Shown: positions 48,206-58,839, numbered from the stretch's first letter. The stretch is 64,000 nt of DNA from Candidatus Daviesbacteria bacterium (GCA_028687915.1 JAQTZF010000001.1:930634-994633); one strand, 5' to 3'. Notes: generated from the letters alone by a model not told the origin. Numbers and translations: made by a program.

Positions 48206-48490
48206 TTATGAAAAAAGGCTTAACCGACTAGGGTGCATTCCCTTAATCTGATTTTCAGCAGCCTCACGTTGCATCTGTGCTTTAATCTTAGCTGCTTCTA
48301 CAGGATCTACACTTTCTATTTGTGGTAGTCGCGGACAAAAATCATTTACTCTAGAGTGCAAAGTTGTAGGGCTGTTTGCATCATCTGTTATCATCTTTCT
48401 CTCTTTACCAAAGATATCATCAAACCCTGTTTCATTGGCAGAACCTGAAGAATCGCCGCTTGCTTCATAACCTAATGAATTTTCTATCAT
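48206..48490 (-). CDS. Hypothetical small protein (94 aa) between topA and pyrG
   Basis: Co-directional and tightly spaced after topA, with no motifs assigned. Confidence 0.3.
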   Translation of the reverse strand: MIENSLGYEASGDSSGSANETGFDDIFGKERKMITDDANSPTTLHSRVNDFCPRLPQIESVDPVEAAKIKAQMQREAAENQIKGMHPSRLSLFS

Positions 48491-48523
48491 TAATTAATTG
48501 ATAGTATATCCCGTAGTATCTTG

Positions 48524-50503
48524 TCAACTATCTGCTTTTTTGGGTTTCGTCCATGAAGCAAACTTACAATTTGGCCAATTTCTACATCCATAAAAAGGCC
48601 TGCCTTTTTTAGTTTTTCTCATTACTATCTCACCACCACAATCAGGACAAATAGCATCAACAGCCTGTTCATAACTTTCTGTATGTTTACAATCCGGAAA
48701 ACCAGAACACGCTAAAAACTTACCAAATTTACCAAACTTAATCACTAACTTCTTACCACATTCAGGACAATCTTTATCTGTTTCTTCAGCAATAACTTTT
48801 ACTCTCTCAGCTTCTCCTTCTACTTTTTCTAACTTTTCAGCAAAGGGCTTATAAAAACTGGAAATAATTGGTTTCCATTGTTTCTCACCAGTAGCAATAG
48901 AATCGAGATTATCTTCCATCTCTGCAGTAAAAGTATAATCAAAAATATCTGGGAAATATTTCATTAAAAAATTATTTACAGTTATCCCAAGCTCAGTTGG
49001 AAAAAATTTCTTTTCTCTTTTTTCAACATAATATCTATCCTGAATAGTAGATAAAATAGGTGCATAAGTTGAAGGTCTGCCAATACCCAACTCTTCCAAC
49101 TTTTTAATTAAAGAAGCCTCATTAAATCTGGGAGGTGGTTCTGTAAAATGCTGGTTTGGTAAAAGTGTAAGCAAACTTAAGCTTTCATTCTCTTTTAATT
49201 CTGGTAATGATTGTGAATCTTTTTCTCCTTCTTCTTCCTCTTCTATAACTTTTCCAAAAACTTTTAACCACCCATCAAATTTAATAGTACTTCCAGTTGC
49301 TCTAAACAAATATGAGCTTGCAGCAGTTACATCCACCGAAGTTTGATCCATCACAGCTTCGCTCATTTGAGAAGCCATCATTCTTTTCCAAATAAGTTCA
49401 TATACCCTTATATAATCGCGTGTCATCCCCTCTGATGTTTTTAAAGTTTCACCAGTCACATTTATATTAGTAGGTCTGATTGCCTCATGAGCTTCCTGAG
49501 CTACTTTTGATTTTGTTTTATAAACTCTGGCAGATTGTGGCACATAATTTTTTCCAAAATTTGTTTCAATATAACTTCTGGCTTGAGATATAGCTTGAGT
49601 AGATAAATTAACTGAATCTGTTCTCATATAGGTAATTAACCCATGCTCATATAATGTTTGAGCAATCATCATTGTTTTTTTAGCACTCATGCCTAAACGA
49701 TTAGATGATGTTTGCTGTAAAGTTGAGGTGGTAAATGGAGGAGCGGGAAATTTTCTAACTTCTTTTTTGGCAATTCTTGAAATTTTATATTCTGCTGCTT
49801 CTAAGGCTTTAACATGATTATTTGCTTCGATTTGATTATTTATTACTAATTTTTTACCATCTTTTTCAATGAGGTTTGCAATAAAATGTCCTGCACCGGA
49901 CTTAAGGTCTGCTTCAATGGACCAATATTCAACAGCTTTAAATGCATTTACTTCTGCTTCACGCTCTACAATTAAACGTAATGCAACAGACTGAACTCTT
50001 CCCGCAGATAATCCGGATTTAACTTTTCTCCATAAGAGAGGGGATAATTTATAACCTACTATTCTATCTAAAACTCTTCTGGCTTGTTGGGCATCTACCA
50101 ACCTTAAGTCAACTTCTCTGGGATCCTCAAAAGCCTCCTTAATAGCACTTTCTGTAATTTCATGAAAAGCTACCCGGGATGTAGGAATCTTTGCCATTCC
50201 CTTGCTTTCTGTTAAAAGATACTGCAAATGCCAGGCAATTGCTTCTCCTTCACGGTCAGGGTCTGTTGCTAACCATAAATTTTCTGCTGTTTTAGCAATT
50301 TTTTTTAACTCATTAACTTTTTTAACTTTATCTCTTGGAACAACATATTTTGGTTCAAAATTATTTTCGGTGTCAATTCCTAATTCTGATTTTGGTAAAT
50401 CTCTGATATGACCCATTGAAGCTTCCACGCGATAATCGCTTCCAAGATATTTGGAAAGAGTTCTGGCTTTGGTTGGTGACTCAACAATAACTAAATTTTT
50501 CAT
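48524..50503 (-). CDS. topA: DNA topoisomerase I
   Basis: Toprim (IVESPTKA), catalytic Tyr region (LITYMRTDS), and two C-terminal C4 zinc ribbons (CPECGKKLVIKFGKFGKFLACSGFPDC; CPDCGGEIVMRKTKKGRPFYGCRNWPNC). Confidence 0.9.
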   Translation of the reverse strand: MKNLVIVESPTKARTLSKYLGSDYRVEASMGHIRDLPKSELGIDTENNFEPKYVVPRDKVKKVNELKKIAKTAENLWLATDPDREGEAIAWHLQYLLTESKGMAKIPTSRVAFHEITESAIKEAFEDPREVDLRLVDAQQARRVLDRIVGYKLSPLLWRKVKSGLSAGRVQSVALRLIVEREAEVNAFKAVEYWSIEADLKSGAGHFIANLIEKDGKKLVINNQIEANNHVKALEAAEYKISRIAKKEVRKFPAPPFTTSTLQQTSSNRLGMSAKKTMMIAQTLYEHGLITYMRTDSVNLSTQAISQARSYIETNFGKNYVPQSARVYKTKSKVAQEAHEAIRPTNINVTGETLKTSEGMTRDYIRVYELIWKRMMASQMSEAVMDQTSVDVTAASSYLFRATGSTIKFDGWLKVFGKVIEEEEEGEKDSQSLPELKENESLSLLTLLPNQHFTEPPPRFNEASLIKKLEELGIGRPSTYAPILSTIQDRYYVEKREKKFFPTELGITVNNFLMKYFPDIFDYTFTAEMEDNLDSIATGEKQWKPIISSFYKPFAEKLEKVEGEAERVKVIAEETDKDCPECGKKLVIKFGKFGKFLACSGFPDCKHTESYEQAVDAICPDCGGEIVMRKTKKGRPFYGCRNWPNCKFASWTKPKKADS

Positions 50504-50598
50504 AACTACTTTATTAAGGCTACTGGTAGTTTACCAGTCTTGTCAAGCTTTTTGGGGATTGACACTGGTTTAAGAAACCCTGTAAAGTATTTAAGATT

Positions 50599-51024
50599 AT
50601 GGCAATTATAGAACAACGAGCTGTCTCAAAAGTTACTTTTATCGAACAAAGTCTTCAACCAGTTACAGATACTTCAAAAATAACAGATTTAATTGTCATT
50701 AAAAGAGGAGAAACACCATTTGATTTAGTACTTCTTATGTCTTTTAATAGAAATGCTCCTTTTTGTCTTCCGCCATCAGATAGTGATGAATCCTTCAGAG
50801 CTACCTTTAATTTAATGGAAGAAAGAGATGTAACCATGTACTCTCCAAGAGATCAACGACTTTTTCAAATAGATACCCCTATTTTTCAGCATACATACTT
50901 AGGAACCGGGAAATATACAGAACTACTAGCTTCACGAAAAGCTAGAAAAAGGGCTTTAATCGAAAAAATTGCCCGAAATATAAATTCCATACGAGCCTTA
51001 AAAGAAAGTACTCCAGTTCGATAG
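50599..51024 (+). CDS. Hypothetical protein (141 aa)
   Basis: Divergent from topA; TTGACA-like -35 at 50559. No motifs assigned. Confidence 0.35.
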   Translation: MAIIEQRAVSKVTFIEQSLQPVTDTSKITDLIVIKRGETPFDLVLLMSFNRNAPFCLPPSDSDESFRATFNLMEERDVTMYSPRDQRLFQIDTPIFQHTYLGTGKYTELLASRKARKRALIEKIARNINSIRALKESTPVR

Positions 51025-51029
51025 AATAG

Positions 51030-53546
51030 TTAAATCAACACTTGTTGGTCTAAAATAATTTTTTCTCCCTTTGGAACTTTGCCTTCTAAAATCATGACAG
51101 AAAGTCTAGCTTCTAAAGTATCCTGAATTAAGCGTCTTAAGGGTCTGGCTCCCATAACCTGGTCAAAACCTTTCTCAGCTAACTTTGCAATTAGGTCTTC
51201 TGAAAAATCAACAATATATCCCTGAAGTTTTAGTTGTTCTTTTAAAGAGGCAAGTTTTAAAATAACAATTTTTTGTAAATCCGCTTTTGATAAAGGCTTA
51301 AAAATAACAGTGGCATCAAATCTGTTTAAAAGTTCCGGAGTATATACTTTCATAAGTTCTTCTTTAACCAAAGGTTGTATTTGTTCAACTGTTTTCCCTT
51401 GCTGTAAATTTTGAGCAATAGTTAGGCTGGCAGCGTTTGAAGTGGCAATAATAATAGTATTACTAAAATCAATAACTCTTCCTTTACCATCAGTTAATCT
51501 TCCATCATCAAAAACCTGCAAAAATAAATTCAGGATATTTTTATCTGCTTTTTCAAACTCATCAAGCAAAATTAAAGAAAAAGGCTTTGTTCTTATAACA
51601 TCAGTAATTAATCCTTCATTAAACTCATCACCAATTAATCTTTTTATAGCATCAGTATTTTGAAACTCCGACATATCCAACCTTAAAAAATTTCCTTTTT
51701 CCAGAAAATAAGTTTCAGATAAAATTTTAGCTAGTTCTGTCTTACCAACACCAGTAGGACCTACAAAAAGGAATGACCCAATTGGTTTTTGTTGTTCTCT
51801 TAATCCTGCAGTTGCACGGCGCAATGTACTTGCAATAGTAGTCACAGCTTCTTCCTGATCTATAAATCTCTGATGAATTGTTTCCTCAAGGTTTAGTACC
51901 TGCTTTTTTGCTTCTACAGACGAATCTCCAACTGGAATTTTAACAGACGATTGGATAGTTTTTTCCACCACATTTTTTGTTATCCATCCATTAGTCTGAT
52001 TTACCTGACTTTGTTTAAATAGATGGATGGCTGAGTCTGGCAATACCCGGTCATGAATATACCTTTGTGAAAGATCAGCCATCTCACGAATAGCCAGCAT
52101 TGTGGTTTGAATTTTTGCTTTGCGTGAATAATCAATACTTCTGTCTTGTAAAATTTTTATAGTATCCTCAAGTGAAGCAGGAGGCAAATCAACTCTGGTG
52201 AAATTTCTTAAAAAAGCACTATTTCTTTCTAAAACCCTTGAATAATTTACAGGTTCTGTTGTAGTAATAAATTGTATTTTAGAAGATTCAATAAAAGGTA
52301 ATAACAGGGACAACAAGTTTAAACTAGCACCAGCTTCACCCAAACCAAAATTTTGAATTTCATCAACATAGATAATAATATTTCCAGAATAATTTGCTTC
52401 ATCAAAAATAGTTTTTAATTTTTCAGCCAATTCCCCTTGTTCCTTAATTCCAGATAACAGCCTGGTAAAGTCCAATGAAACTATTCTTTTGGTGGTTAAA
52501 GCAGGTGGAGCATCCCCAGCCACAATAATCTTAGCCAAGAATTTCACAAGAGCTGCTTTACCACTTCCAGGCTCAGCCACTAAAATTACATTTCTCCCTT
52601 CAGACAAAGACAATGTATTTATTACTTGAGATACTACTTCTTTTCTGCCTACAAAATCAGCAATATTTTCTGTAGTGGCTTGTTTTGTAAAATCATCACA
52701 TACAGAATCCAAAGTAGGCGTTGGTGTTCCTAACCAACCTCGATTTACACCTCTTAAATGATGTACAGCAAAATCTTCATCCCAAAATGGAATCATTCTC
52801 CATCTATCAGCTTTCTTTTGTAAGTAATCCAAAGTATCTATGAAGTCCTTTGTAGAAAGATTCATTTTCATAAGTTCATTTTCAATTTCTGGTATTGATA
52901 AAATAATACTGACAAAAAATATATCTTCAGTTAGATATGGCGCTTTGATTTGCTTAGCTATATCCCAAGCCTTTTGATTAATTGATACTTCTGAATAATC
53001 TTTTGGGAAATTAATAAAATCTTTTGGTGTTTTTTCCAAACTTACTAAAAATTGTCTTACGTTTTCACTTTTTAAAAGAAACATTAACTCAACATTCTTT
53101 TTGGAAACTTTACTACTTTGCCAAATATCTTCAACACGCTTTATCTGCCAAACCTTTTTTAAAGGATGAGCTAATATATGAAAACCAAATAAAATTAAAC
53201 CAGAGAAGAAAAAAAGTTTTAACAAAAGACCAAGTTCATTATTAATTAAAAAACAAACTACAGGCAAGGTAAACCAAATGATTGCAATAACAAAAACTAA
53301 AATAACTACACAAACAAATGCAAATAAACCTAATAATATTCTGGAAAGTCGAAATAAAATACTAAGCATTCTTCCGGTAATACTGGCATCATGGAACAGG
53401 GGAACAAATAATAATTTAAACATTAACTTTATGGCAAAATCTTCTTCTAATAATAAGAAGAGATTCTTTAAAGTACGCAAGAAAAACACTAAACTTTCAG
53501 GATACCAAAAACTTATTAAACGTATGGGCAGATAGGCAAGTTTCAT
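51030..53546 (-). CDS. Membrane-anchored ClpA/ClpB/ClpC-like double-ring AAA+ ATPase
   Basis: About 130-aa N-terminal region with 3-4 TM helices, a Clp_N-like repeat region, D1 (Walker A EPGSGKAALV, Walker B IIIYVDEIQ) and D2 (Walker A GPTGVGKTELAK, Walker B LILLDEFEKAD, ClpB-like GSFLFVGPTGVGKTE). Confidence 0.7.
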   Translation of the reverse strand: MKLAYLPIRLISFWYPESLVFFLRTLKNLFLLLEEDFAIKLMFKLLFVPLFHDASITGRMLSILFRLSRILLGLFAFVCVVILVFVIAIIWFTLPVVCFLINNELGLLLKLFFFSGLILFGFHILAHPLKKVWQIKRVEDIWQSSKVSKKNVELMFLLKSENVRQFLVSLEKTPKDFINFPKDYSEVSINQKAWDIAKQIKAPYLTEDIFFVSIILSIPEIENELMKMNLSTKDFIDTLDYLQKKADRWRMIPFWDEDFAVHHLRGVNRGWLGTPTPTLDSVCDDFTKQATTENIADFVGRKEVVSQVINTLSLSEGRNVILVAEPGSGKAALVKFLAKIIVAGDAPPALTTKRIVSLDFTRLLSGIKEQGELAEKLKTIFDEANYSGNIIIYVDEIQNFGLGEAGASLNLLSLLLPFIESSKIQFITTTEPVNYSRVLERNSAFLRNFTRVDLPPASLEDTIKILQDRSIDYSRKAKIQTTMLAIREMADLSQRYIHDRVLPDSAIHLFKQSQVNQTNGWITKNVVEKTIQSSVKIPVGDSSVEAKKQVLNLEETIHQRFIDQEEAVTTIASTLRRATAGLREQQKPIGSFLFVGPTGVGKTELAKILSETYFLEKGNFLRLDMSEFQNTDAIKRLIGDEFNEGLITDVIRTKPFSLILLDEFEKADKNILNLFLQVFDDGRLTDGKGRVIDFSNTIIIATSNAASLTIAQNLQQGKTVEQIQPLVKEELMKVYTPELLNRFDATVIFKPLSKADLQKIVILKLASLKEQLKLQGYIVDFSEDLIAKLAEKGFDQVMGARPLRRLIQDTLEARLSVMILEGKVPKGEKIILDQQVLI

Positions 53547-53908
53547 TATTTTACTCTAATCAAATTTCCTTTTTGATCAAGCTCGACAAAATGTTTAGCT
53601 CGACCCTCAATATATGCCTGACATTGGTTCTTAGGCAAATCATCAGCTGTAATCCTTGGGTTATGTACAATATCAGCCACCCAACCAGGAATTAAATCAT
53701 TTGTTAAACACGAACCATTTTCCAGATCTATCCCTTTTGACTGCTCTTTATACAAGCTAATAGCAGCAGAAACAGCTTTATCAACTTCTGGTGAATTTCC
53801 TTGTTTATAAATAAAAGTATTATCTCTTAAAAAAAGCATTACACCAAAAGATGTAATAATAATCACTAATAACACTATCCAAAATAGTACCTTTTTATTT
53901 GATAACAT
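53546..53908 (-). CDS. Small N-terminally anchored membrane/periplasmic protein (120 aa)
   Basis: Single N-terminal TM helix. Its stop overlaps the start of the Clp-like ATPase, so the two are probably co-expressed. Confidence 0.4.
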   Translation of the reverse strand: MLSNKKVLFWIVLLVIIITSFGVMLFLRDNTFIYKQGNSPEVDKAVSAAISLYKEQSKGIDLENGSCLTNDLIPGWVADIVHNPRITADDLPKNQCQAYIEGRAKHFVELDQKGNLIRVK

Positions 53909-53920
53909 TACCTTATCTTA

Positions 53921-55009
53921 TCAAATTTTTGTATAGTTTCCTCCACCCAAATTTTTTACTACACCCTGAATCTCTAACTTTACTAAACTAGAAGAAATAA
54001 TAGCTGCAGAGAGCTTTAAATTTCTGCATAATTCATCTACATGCTGGTTTTCATTTTCCAAAGCATCATAAATTTTCTGCTCTATCTCTGATAATTTAAT
54101 ATCACTCCTAGTTCCTAAATCTAAATTCTTAAGTCCTTTTATACCCAACTCTTCCAGTATTTCTGATGGTTCTGTTACCAGCCTTGCCCCTTGTTTAATT
54201 AAAGCAGAAGGGCCTTTTGATAATTCTGAGGTAATTGGTCCTGGAATAGCAAAAACTTCTCTTCCCTGATCCAAAGCTAATTTAGCAGTAATTAATGAAC
54301 CTGAATTCTCTGCAGCCTCTGTAACAAGCGTTGCTTGTGATAGACCTGAAATAATTCTATTGCGGGCAGGAAAATTTCCAGGAAGAGATTGTTCAGAGGG
54401 AGCAAATTCAGACATAACTGCACCAAATCCATCAGCAATATTTTTTGCGAGTGAAATATTCTCTGAAGGAAAAATATTTTTTAATCCCCCGCCTAATATT
54501 GCTAAAGTCCTACCTTTAGCCTTAATCACAGCTTTATGTGCACAAGTATCAACTCCATGGGCTAAGCCTGAAACAATAGTTAAGCCAGCATTAGATAATT
54601 CTGTAGCAAATTTTTCTGTAATAACTGTGCCATAACCACTTATTTTTCTGGTTCCTACAATAGCTAAACAATTTTTATCTGCTGGTAATAAATCCCCAAG
54701 ATAATATAAAACAATTGGTGGATCATAAATTTCTTTTAAAAGTTTTGGGTATTTATCATCAAATATAGTTAAATATTTAATACCAGATTTTAAGATCCCT
54801 TCAACATATTTTTCCGGATCTAAAGTTTTTCTTGCATTTACCAAATTAGAGACAACTGATTGAGGAATTCCTCTTGTTAAAATTTCTTTTTCATTCAATT
54901 CCCAAATAACTTTTGGGTCTTCAAAATAATCTAATAAATTTTTTAATCTAATTGGTCCTAATCCATGAACAGAATGTAAAGCAAGTAGATAGGGCAGATT
55001 ATTTTTCAT
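53921..55009 (-). CDS. dprA: DNA processing protein DprA (Smf)
   Basis: Rossmann-like DprA core (GLAHGVDTCAHKAV...ILGGGL...RNRIISGLS) and a C-terminal winged-helix domain. Confidence 0.85.
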   Translation of the reverse strand: MKNNLPYLLALHSVHGLGPIRLKNLLDYFEDPKVIWELNEKEILTRGIPQSVVSNLVNARKTLDPEKYVEGILKSGIKYLTIFDDKYPKLLKEIYDPPIVLYYLGDLLPADKNCLAIVGTRKISGYGTVITEKFATELSNAGLTIVSGLAHGVDTCAHKAVIKAKGRTLAILGGGLKNIFPSENISLAKNIADGFGAVMSEFAPSEQSLPGNFPARNRIISGLSQATLVTEAAENSGSLITAKLALDQGREVFAIPGPITSELSKGPSALIKQGARLVTEPSEILEELGIKGLKNLDLGTRSDIKLSEIEQKIYDALENENQHVDELCRNLKLSAAIISSSLVKLEIQGVVKNLGGGNYTKI

Positions 55010-55011
55010 TT

Positions 55012-56877
55012 TTATTCTCCTAATATTTTTGCTGAGGCAGATGCAAAGTGAACCCCACCAAAATCACTCAAATGATTTTTATCCGGACTAAAGTACCAGG
55101 TGAAAATATCTTTTACAACCGGAGCTGAAACATTTGATCCTTCCCCTCCTTTTTCCAGTAAAACTGTAGCAGTTAATTGGGGATTATCTATTGGAGCATA
55201 TGAAGTATACCAAGCCTGTGTTTTACCAACCTCCCCTGTTTCTGCAGTTCCTGTTTTACCTGCTGTAGGAATAGTAAAACCAAAAAATGGCCAGGCTGTA
55301 CCTTGTGATTGCGGAACCCTTGATAAACCTGACTTAACCAAATCAATATCTGCTTTTTTAAAGATATTATTCACAAGTGGATCATATTTGAATTGTTTAA
55401 TAATTTGGTTATCAGCTTTACTAATAAAATCTACAACACTTGGACGAAGGAGTGTACCGCTGTTTGCAATAAAAGAAGTTTCAGATAATATTTGTAAAGG
55501 AGTCACCAGTACAAACCCCTGACCAATTGCCATATGCAAACTATCACCTGGATACCAAACATCACCAATATTTTTTTGCTTCCAAGCACCATCCGGAATT
55601 AAACCATCTGCTTCACCTGGTAAATCTATCCCTAACTTTTTACCCATCCCTAATTTTTTGGCTGTATCTCCTAAAGTTTTTTCACCAACCAGCGCTCCTA
55701 ATTGATAAAAGAAAATATCATTTGACCTTTCCAAAGCTTTTACCACATCAACCATTCCATCTGTTTTTCCAGAAGAAATAAAATACCAATTAGCAAAACT
55801 CCAGGTATCAATTTTCATTACCCCTGTATCTTCTATTTGTGTACTACCAGTAATTTTACCTGATGATAATCCTGCTAAAGCTGAGGCAATTTTAAATGTA
55901 GACCCGGGGGCATAAGTACCAGAAATTGCTCTATTTAGAAGGGGTGAATTTGGATCATTAAAATAATTACTAATCAAATTATTTTTTCCTGGATCAGTAA
56001 AAGCATTATTATCATAAGAGGGAATAGAAACCATTGCCAAAATTTGGCCGTTATTTGGGTTTTGCACAATAGCTGCACCACAACAAATTTTTTCCTTATT
56101 TATTGCAGTACTTAAATACTGATATGTTGCCTTTTGTAAGTCTAAATCAATACTTAAATGGACATTCTGACCAGGAATTGGCTCAACTCTACCCAAAGTT
56201 CGAAGCTTATTACCGGATGCATCTATTTCAATAATTTCTGCTCCATCAATTCCTTTAAGTACAGATTCATAAACTTGTTCTACTCCAGACCTTCCAATGC
56301 GGTCTCCTAATTTATAATTTTTATTTTGGGTGTCTTTTAGTTCATCCTCAGAGATTTGGCCCACATACCCCAACACATGAGAAATAGCTTCACCTTGTGG
56401 ATAACGCCTAATCGAATCAATTTCCAGTTTATTTAAGCTGGGATCTTGTTTTGCCTCAAACATTAAGGATTCATCCCTCGTTATAATATTTTTACCAATT
56501 CTAAATCCGGGAGTATTTTCTGCCAAAACTTTATTATTTCTATCATATATAACACCACGGTGGGCATGGATAACCTTCAGTTGAATTCTATTAGAGTCTG
56601 CCCTTTGCTTATTTTCTGCTCCCATTACCACTTGTAGGTGAAACAATCTAAAAAAGATGCCGGCAAAAATTATCATCATTATGCTGGCTAAAATAGCTAG
56701 TCTCCAGGGAGAATGGGTCCTGACATCATCATCTTCTAAATTATAATTTGGTATAAAAGTATCAGCCCATTCATCATCATTGTTTATTTTATGACGCTTA
56801 AAATGACCAAAAGGGTGAGTAACTTTAAATACTTCATCTTTAAAAGCATAACCTAACTTTTTTTGCTTTATTCTCAT
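55012..56877 (-). CDS. mrdA: Penicillin-binding protein 2 (class B transpeptidase)
   Basis: N-terminal TM helix, dimerisation domain, and transpeptidase motifs STFK (GSTFKIA), SxN and KTGTAE. Confidence 0.85.
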   Translation of the reverse strand: MRIKQKKLGYAFKDEVFKVTHPFGHFKRHKINNDDEWADTFIPNYNLEDDDVRTHSPWRLAILASIMMIIFAGIFFRLFHLQVVMGAENKQRADSNRIQLKVIHAHRGVIYDRNNKVLAENTPGFRIGKNIITRDESLMFEAKQDPSLNKLEIDSIRRYPQGEAISHVLGYVGQISEDELKDTQNKNYKLGDRIGRSGVEQVYESVLKGIDGAEIIEIDASGNKLRTLGRVEPIPGQNVHLSIDLDLQKATYQYLSTAINKEKICCGAAIVQNPNNGQILAMVSIPSYDNNAFTDPGKNNLISNYFNDPNSPLLNRAISGTYAPGSTFKIASALAGLSSGKITGSTQIEDTGVMKIDTWSFANWYFISSGKTDGMVDVVKALERSNDIFFYQLGALVGEKTLGDTAKKLGMGKKLGIDLPGEADGLIPDGAWKQKNIGDVWYPGDSLHMAIGQGFVLVTPLQILSETSFIANSGTLLRPSVVDFISKADNQIIKQFKYDPLVNNIFKKADIDLVKSGLSRVPQSQGTAWPFFGFTIPTAGKTGTAETGEVGKTQAWYTSYAPIDNPQLTATVLLEKGGEGSNVSAPVVKDIFTWYFSPDKNHLSDFGGVHFASASAKILGE

Positions 56878-56885
56878 TCTAAAAA

Positions 56886-57338
56886 TTATTTGCTATTAAC
56901 TTTTAACTTTATATCTTTATGAACAATAAATCTTTCTTCCCATAATAAAACCATAAAATATATTGGAATTATTAAAATTATTTGAACTGGAATTTGACCT
57001 AAATTAATATTTGACCCTAACATTAAAGCTCGTGCTAACTGGTCTGCAAGAAGTGAAACAGCAGCAACAGGTATCAAAATTAATGGATGTGTTACAAACT
57101 GAAATCTTCTAAATATATGAATTACTAATACAATTATTAAATAGATAATACTTAAACTACCTAAAGGATATCCTGCTAAAAAAGATAACACTAAACCAAA
57201 AATAAAAGCTAAATAATAATTTTCTTTTTCTGTAACAACAAAAGATCTGGAAACCAGTATTAACAACACCAAATTAAAAGGCAAAAAAGCTTCCTGTAAA
57301 AAGCTAAATAGTATTAAAATAAAAATTAAAGGTATCAT
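56886..57338 (-). CDS. mreD: Rod shape-determining protein MreD
   Basis: 150-aa polytopic membrane protein located between mreC and pbp2. Assigned mainly by position and topology. Confidence 0.55.
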   Translation of the reverse strand: MIPLIFILILFSFLQEAFLPFNLVLLILVSRSFVVTEKENYYLAFIFGLVLSFLAGYPLGSLSIIYLIIVLVIHIFRRFQFVTHPLILIPVAAVSLLADQLARALMLGSNINLGQIPVQIILIIPIYFMVLLWEERFIVHKDIKLKVNSK

Positions 57339-58120
57339 CTAATTAAAAAAACAGTATCTAAATCTACTAACTTAAAAATAGGTTCTACTTTAGCCTGCTT
57401 AAAAATTTCATTTTGTCTTTCTAATACTGCTGTTACTTTTCCTAAAACTAATCCCTTTGGTAATTTTCCTTCAGTACCCTCTGAATAAACTAAATCACCA
57501 ACATTAACTATTTCTTCATGTAAGATTTTATCCATTAACATTTCTGATCCAAATTGTCCTTGTAAAATCCCTTTAGCTCTGCCTAAAGAACCCTGTGAAA
57601 AGGCAGCTATTTTAGATTCCGGATCTGTAGCCATTATCACTTGAGCAGTTTTTGGTGTAACATTTTTTGTTTGTCCCAAATAATTATCTTTATAAACTAC
57701 TGCCTGTTGTTCGATAACCCCATCATTTAAGCCCTTGTCTAAAATCACATAACGTTCAACTCCTAAAACTCTGGCTGGCATTAAGTCAAAGGTTTGTGGA
57801 TTTAATTTGTTATATTGATCAACTAAATCCTCATTATCTTTAACTTTTTTTTGTAAAGCTGCATTTTCAGCAGCAATCAGAGCTAGTTGTTGCTTTAAAG
57901 CATTATTTTCTAAAGATGCTTTTCTGGCATTAACAATAAAATTAAATTGTTTTTTAAAATTAGTGCTGTTTTTATAAAGACCATATTGGACAGGAGTAGT
58001 TAAGGTTTGCAAAATACTTTTGGGGAAATTTAAGGCTCCCAAGCGATCAAAAACAAAAAGAAAGACAGAGCAAATAATTAAAATTATAAAAAGTTTGAAG
58101 TCTAATAAAATAATTTTCAT
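57335..58120 (-). CDS. mreC: Rod shape-determining protein MreC
   Basis: N-terminal TM helix, coiled coil (LKQQLALIAAENAALQKK) and C-terminal beta-rich domain. ATG start at 58120. Confidence 0.75.
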   Translation of the reverse strand: MKIILLDFKLFIILIICSVFLFVFDRLGALNFPKSILQTLTTPVQYGLYKNSTNFKKQFNFIVNARKASLENNALKQQLALIAAENAALQKKVKDNEDLVDQYNKLNPQTFDLMPARVLGVERYVILDKGLNDGVIEQQAVVYKDNYLGQTKNVTPKTAQVIMATDPESKIAAFSQGSLGRAKGILQGQFGSEMLMDKILHEEIVNVGDLVYSEGTEGKLPKGLVLGKVTAVLERQNEIFKQAKVEPIFKLVDLDTVFLIR

Positions 58121-58161
58121 CAAGGCTAATATACCATATTTAGCATGGTTATATCAGCCTT
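58120..58161 (-). promoter_or_regulatory. 42-nt imperfect hairpin abutting the mreC start codon
   Basis: CAAGGCTAATATACCATATTTAGCATGGTTATATCAGCCTTG has outer arms CAAGGCTAATATA / TATATCAGCCTTG (one mismatch) and an inner CCAT/ATGG stem. Confidence 0.4.
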
Positions 58162-58218
58162 GCGAGTTGATTAAATCAAGATTATCAGGATTAGTTGTTT
58201 TTTAAGCGATCTCTAAAT

Positions 58219-58839
58219 TTATACAACACCTTGTTCAACTAACACTTCTGCTAAACAATTTTTTACCATACCAACATCCTGCCATTCTCTAATCAATTCC
58301 CCTGATTCAGATTTTGTTTCATATAAAAAACGTTCTGAAGGTGCCTTTGAGGGGACTTTTCTTCCTGTAATTTTATCTATAATTCTATTCATTACTCCTC
58401 TTTCCTTAATTGCTAAACAAGCTATCCATAAACGAGGTCGCTCCATATTTGTCAGTTCTCGTCCTACAGAATCTGAAATAAAAGCTTTTGAAATTAATCT
58501 AACTGTATAATTTTTACCAAAAGCACGTAACCTTTTTGCATAGCTATATTCAATCACATCAATAAAACGATCATCATTTATAACATCACAAATATCGCTA
58601 TCTTCTGAAAATTTCCCTAAACCATCAAGGTGATCTCTATTAACTTCTGCAAAAAGATTATCTATAGTACTTTCATCTAACATTGCCTTGCACTGTGCTA
58701 GTGTTTTGCCTTGTCGGATTGTCTTCTTTAAACACTCATTAGCCAACATTAATCCTTCAGCACTAAATGGGCGTTGAGGTTGCTCAACTCTGCTATTACC
58801 TCTATTTTTTACTTCTTTAATTGCTTCTCTTAAACTCAT
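58219..58839 (-). CDS. Hypothetical protein (206 aa) inserted between mreB and mreC
   Basis: ORF with no assignable domain. Confidence 0.4.
   Translation of the reverse strand: MSLREAIKEVKNRGNSRVEQPQRPFSAEGLMLANECLKKTIRQGKTLAQCKAMLDESTIDNLFAEVNRDHLDGLGKFSEDSDICDVINDDRFIDVIEYSYAKRLRAFGKNYTVRLISKAFISDSVGRELTNMERPRLWIACLAIKERGVMNRIIDKITGRKVPSKAPSERFLYETKSESGELIREWQDVGMVKNCLAEVLVEQGVV

Noticed and set aside
47997-48251. Plus-strand ORF 47997..48251 (84 aa)
   Set aside because: It overlaps the pyrG start region in antisense and then runs into the intergenic region. It has low-complexity translation and no start context.
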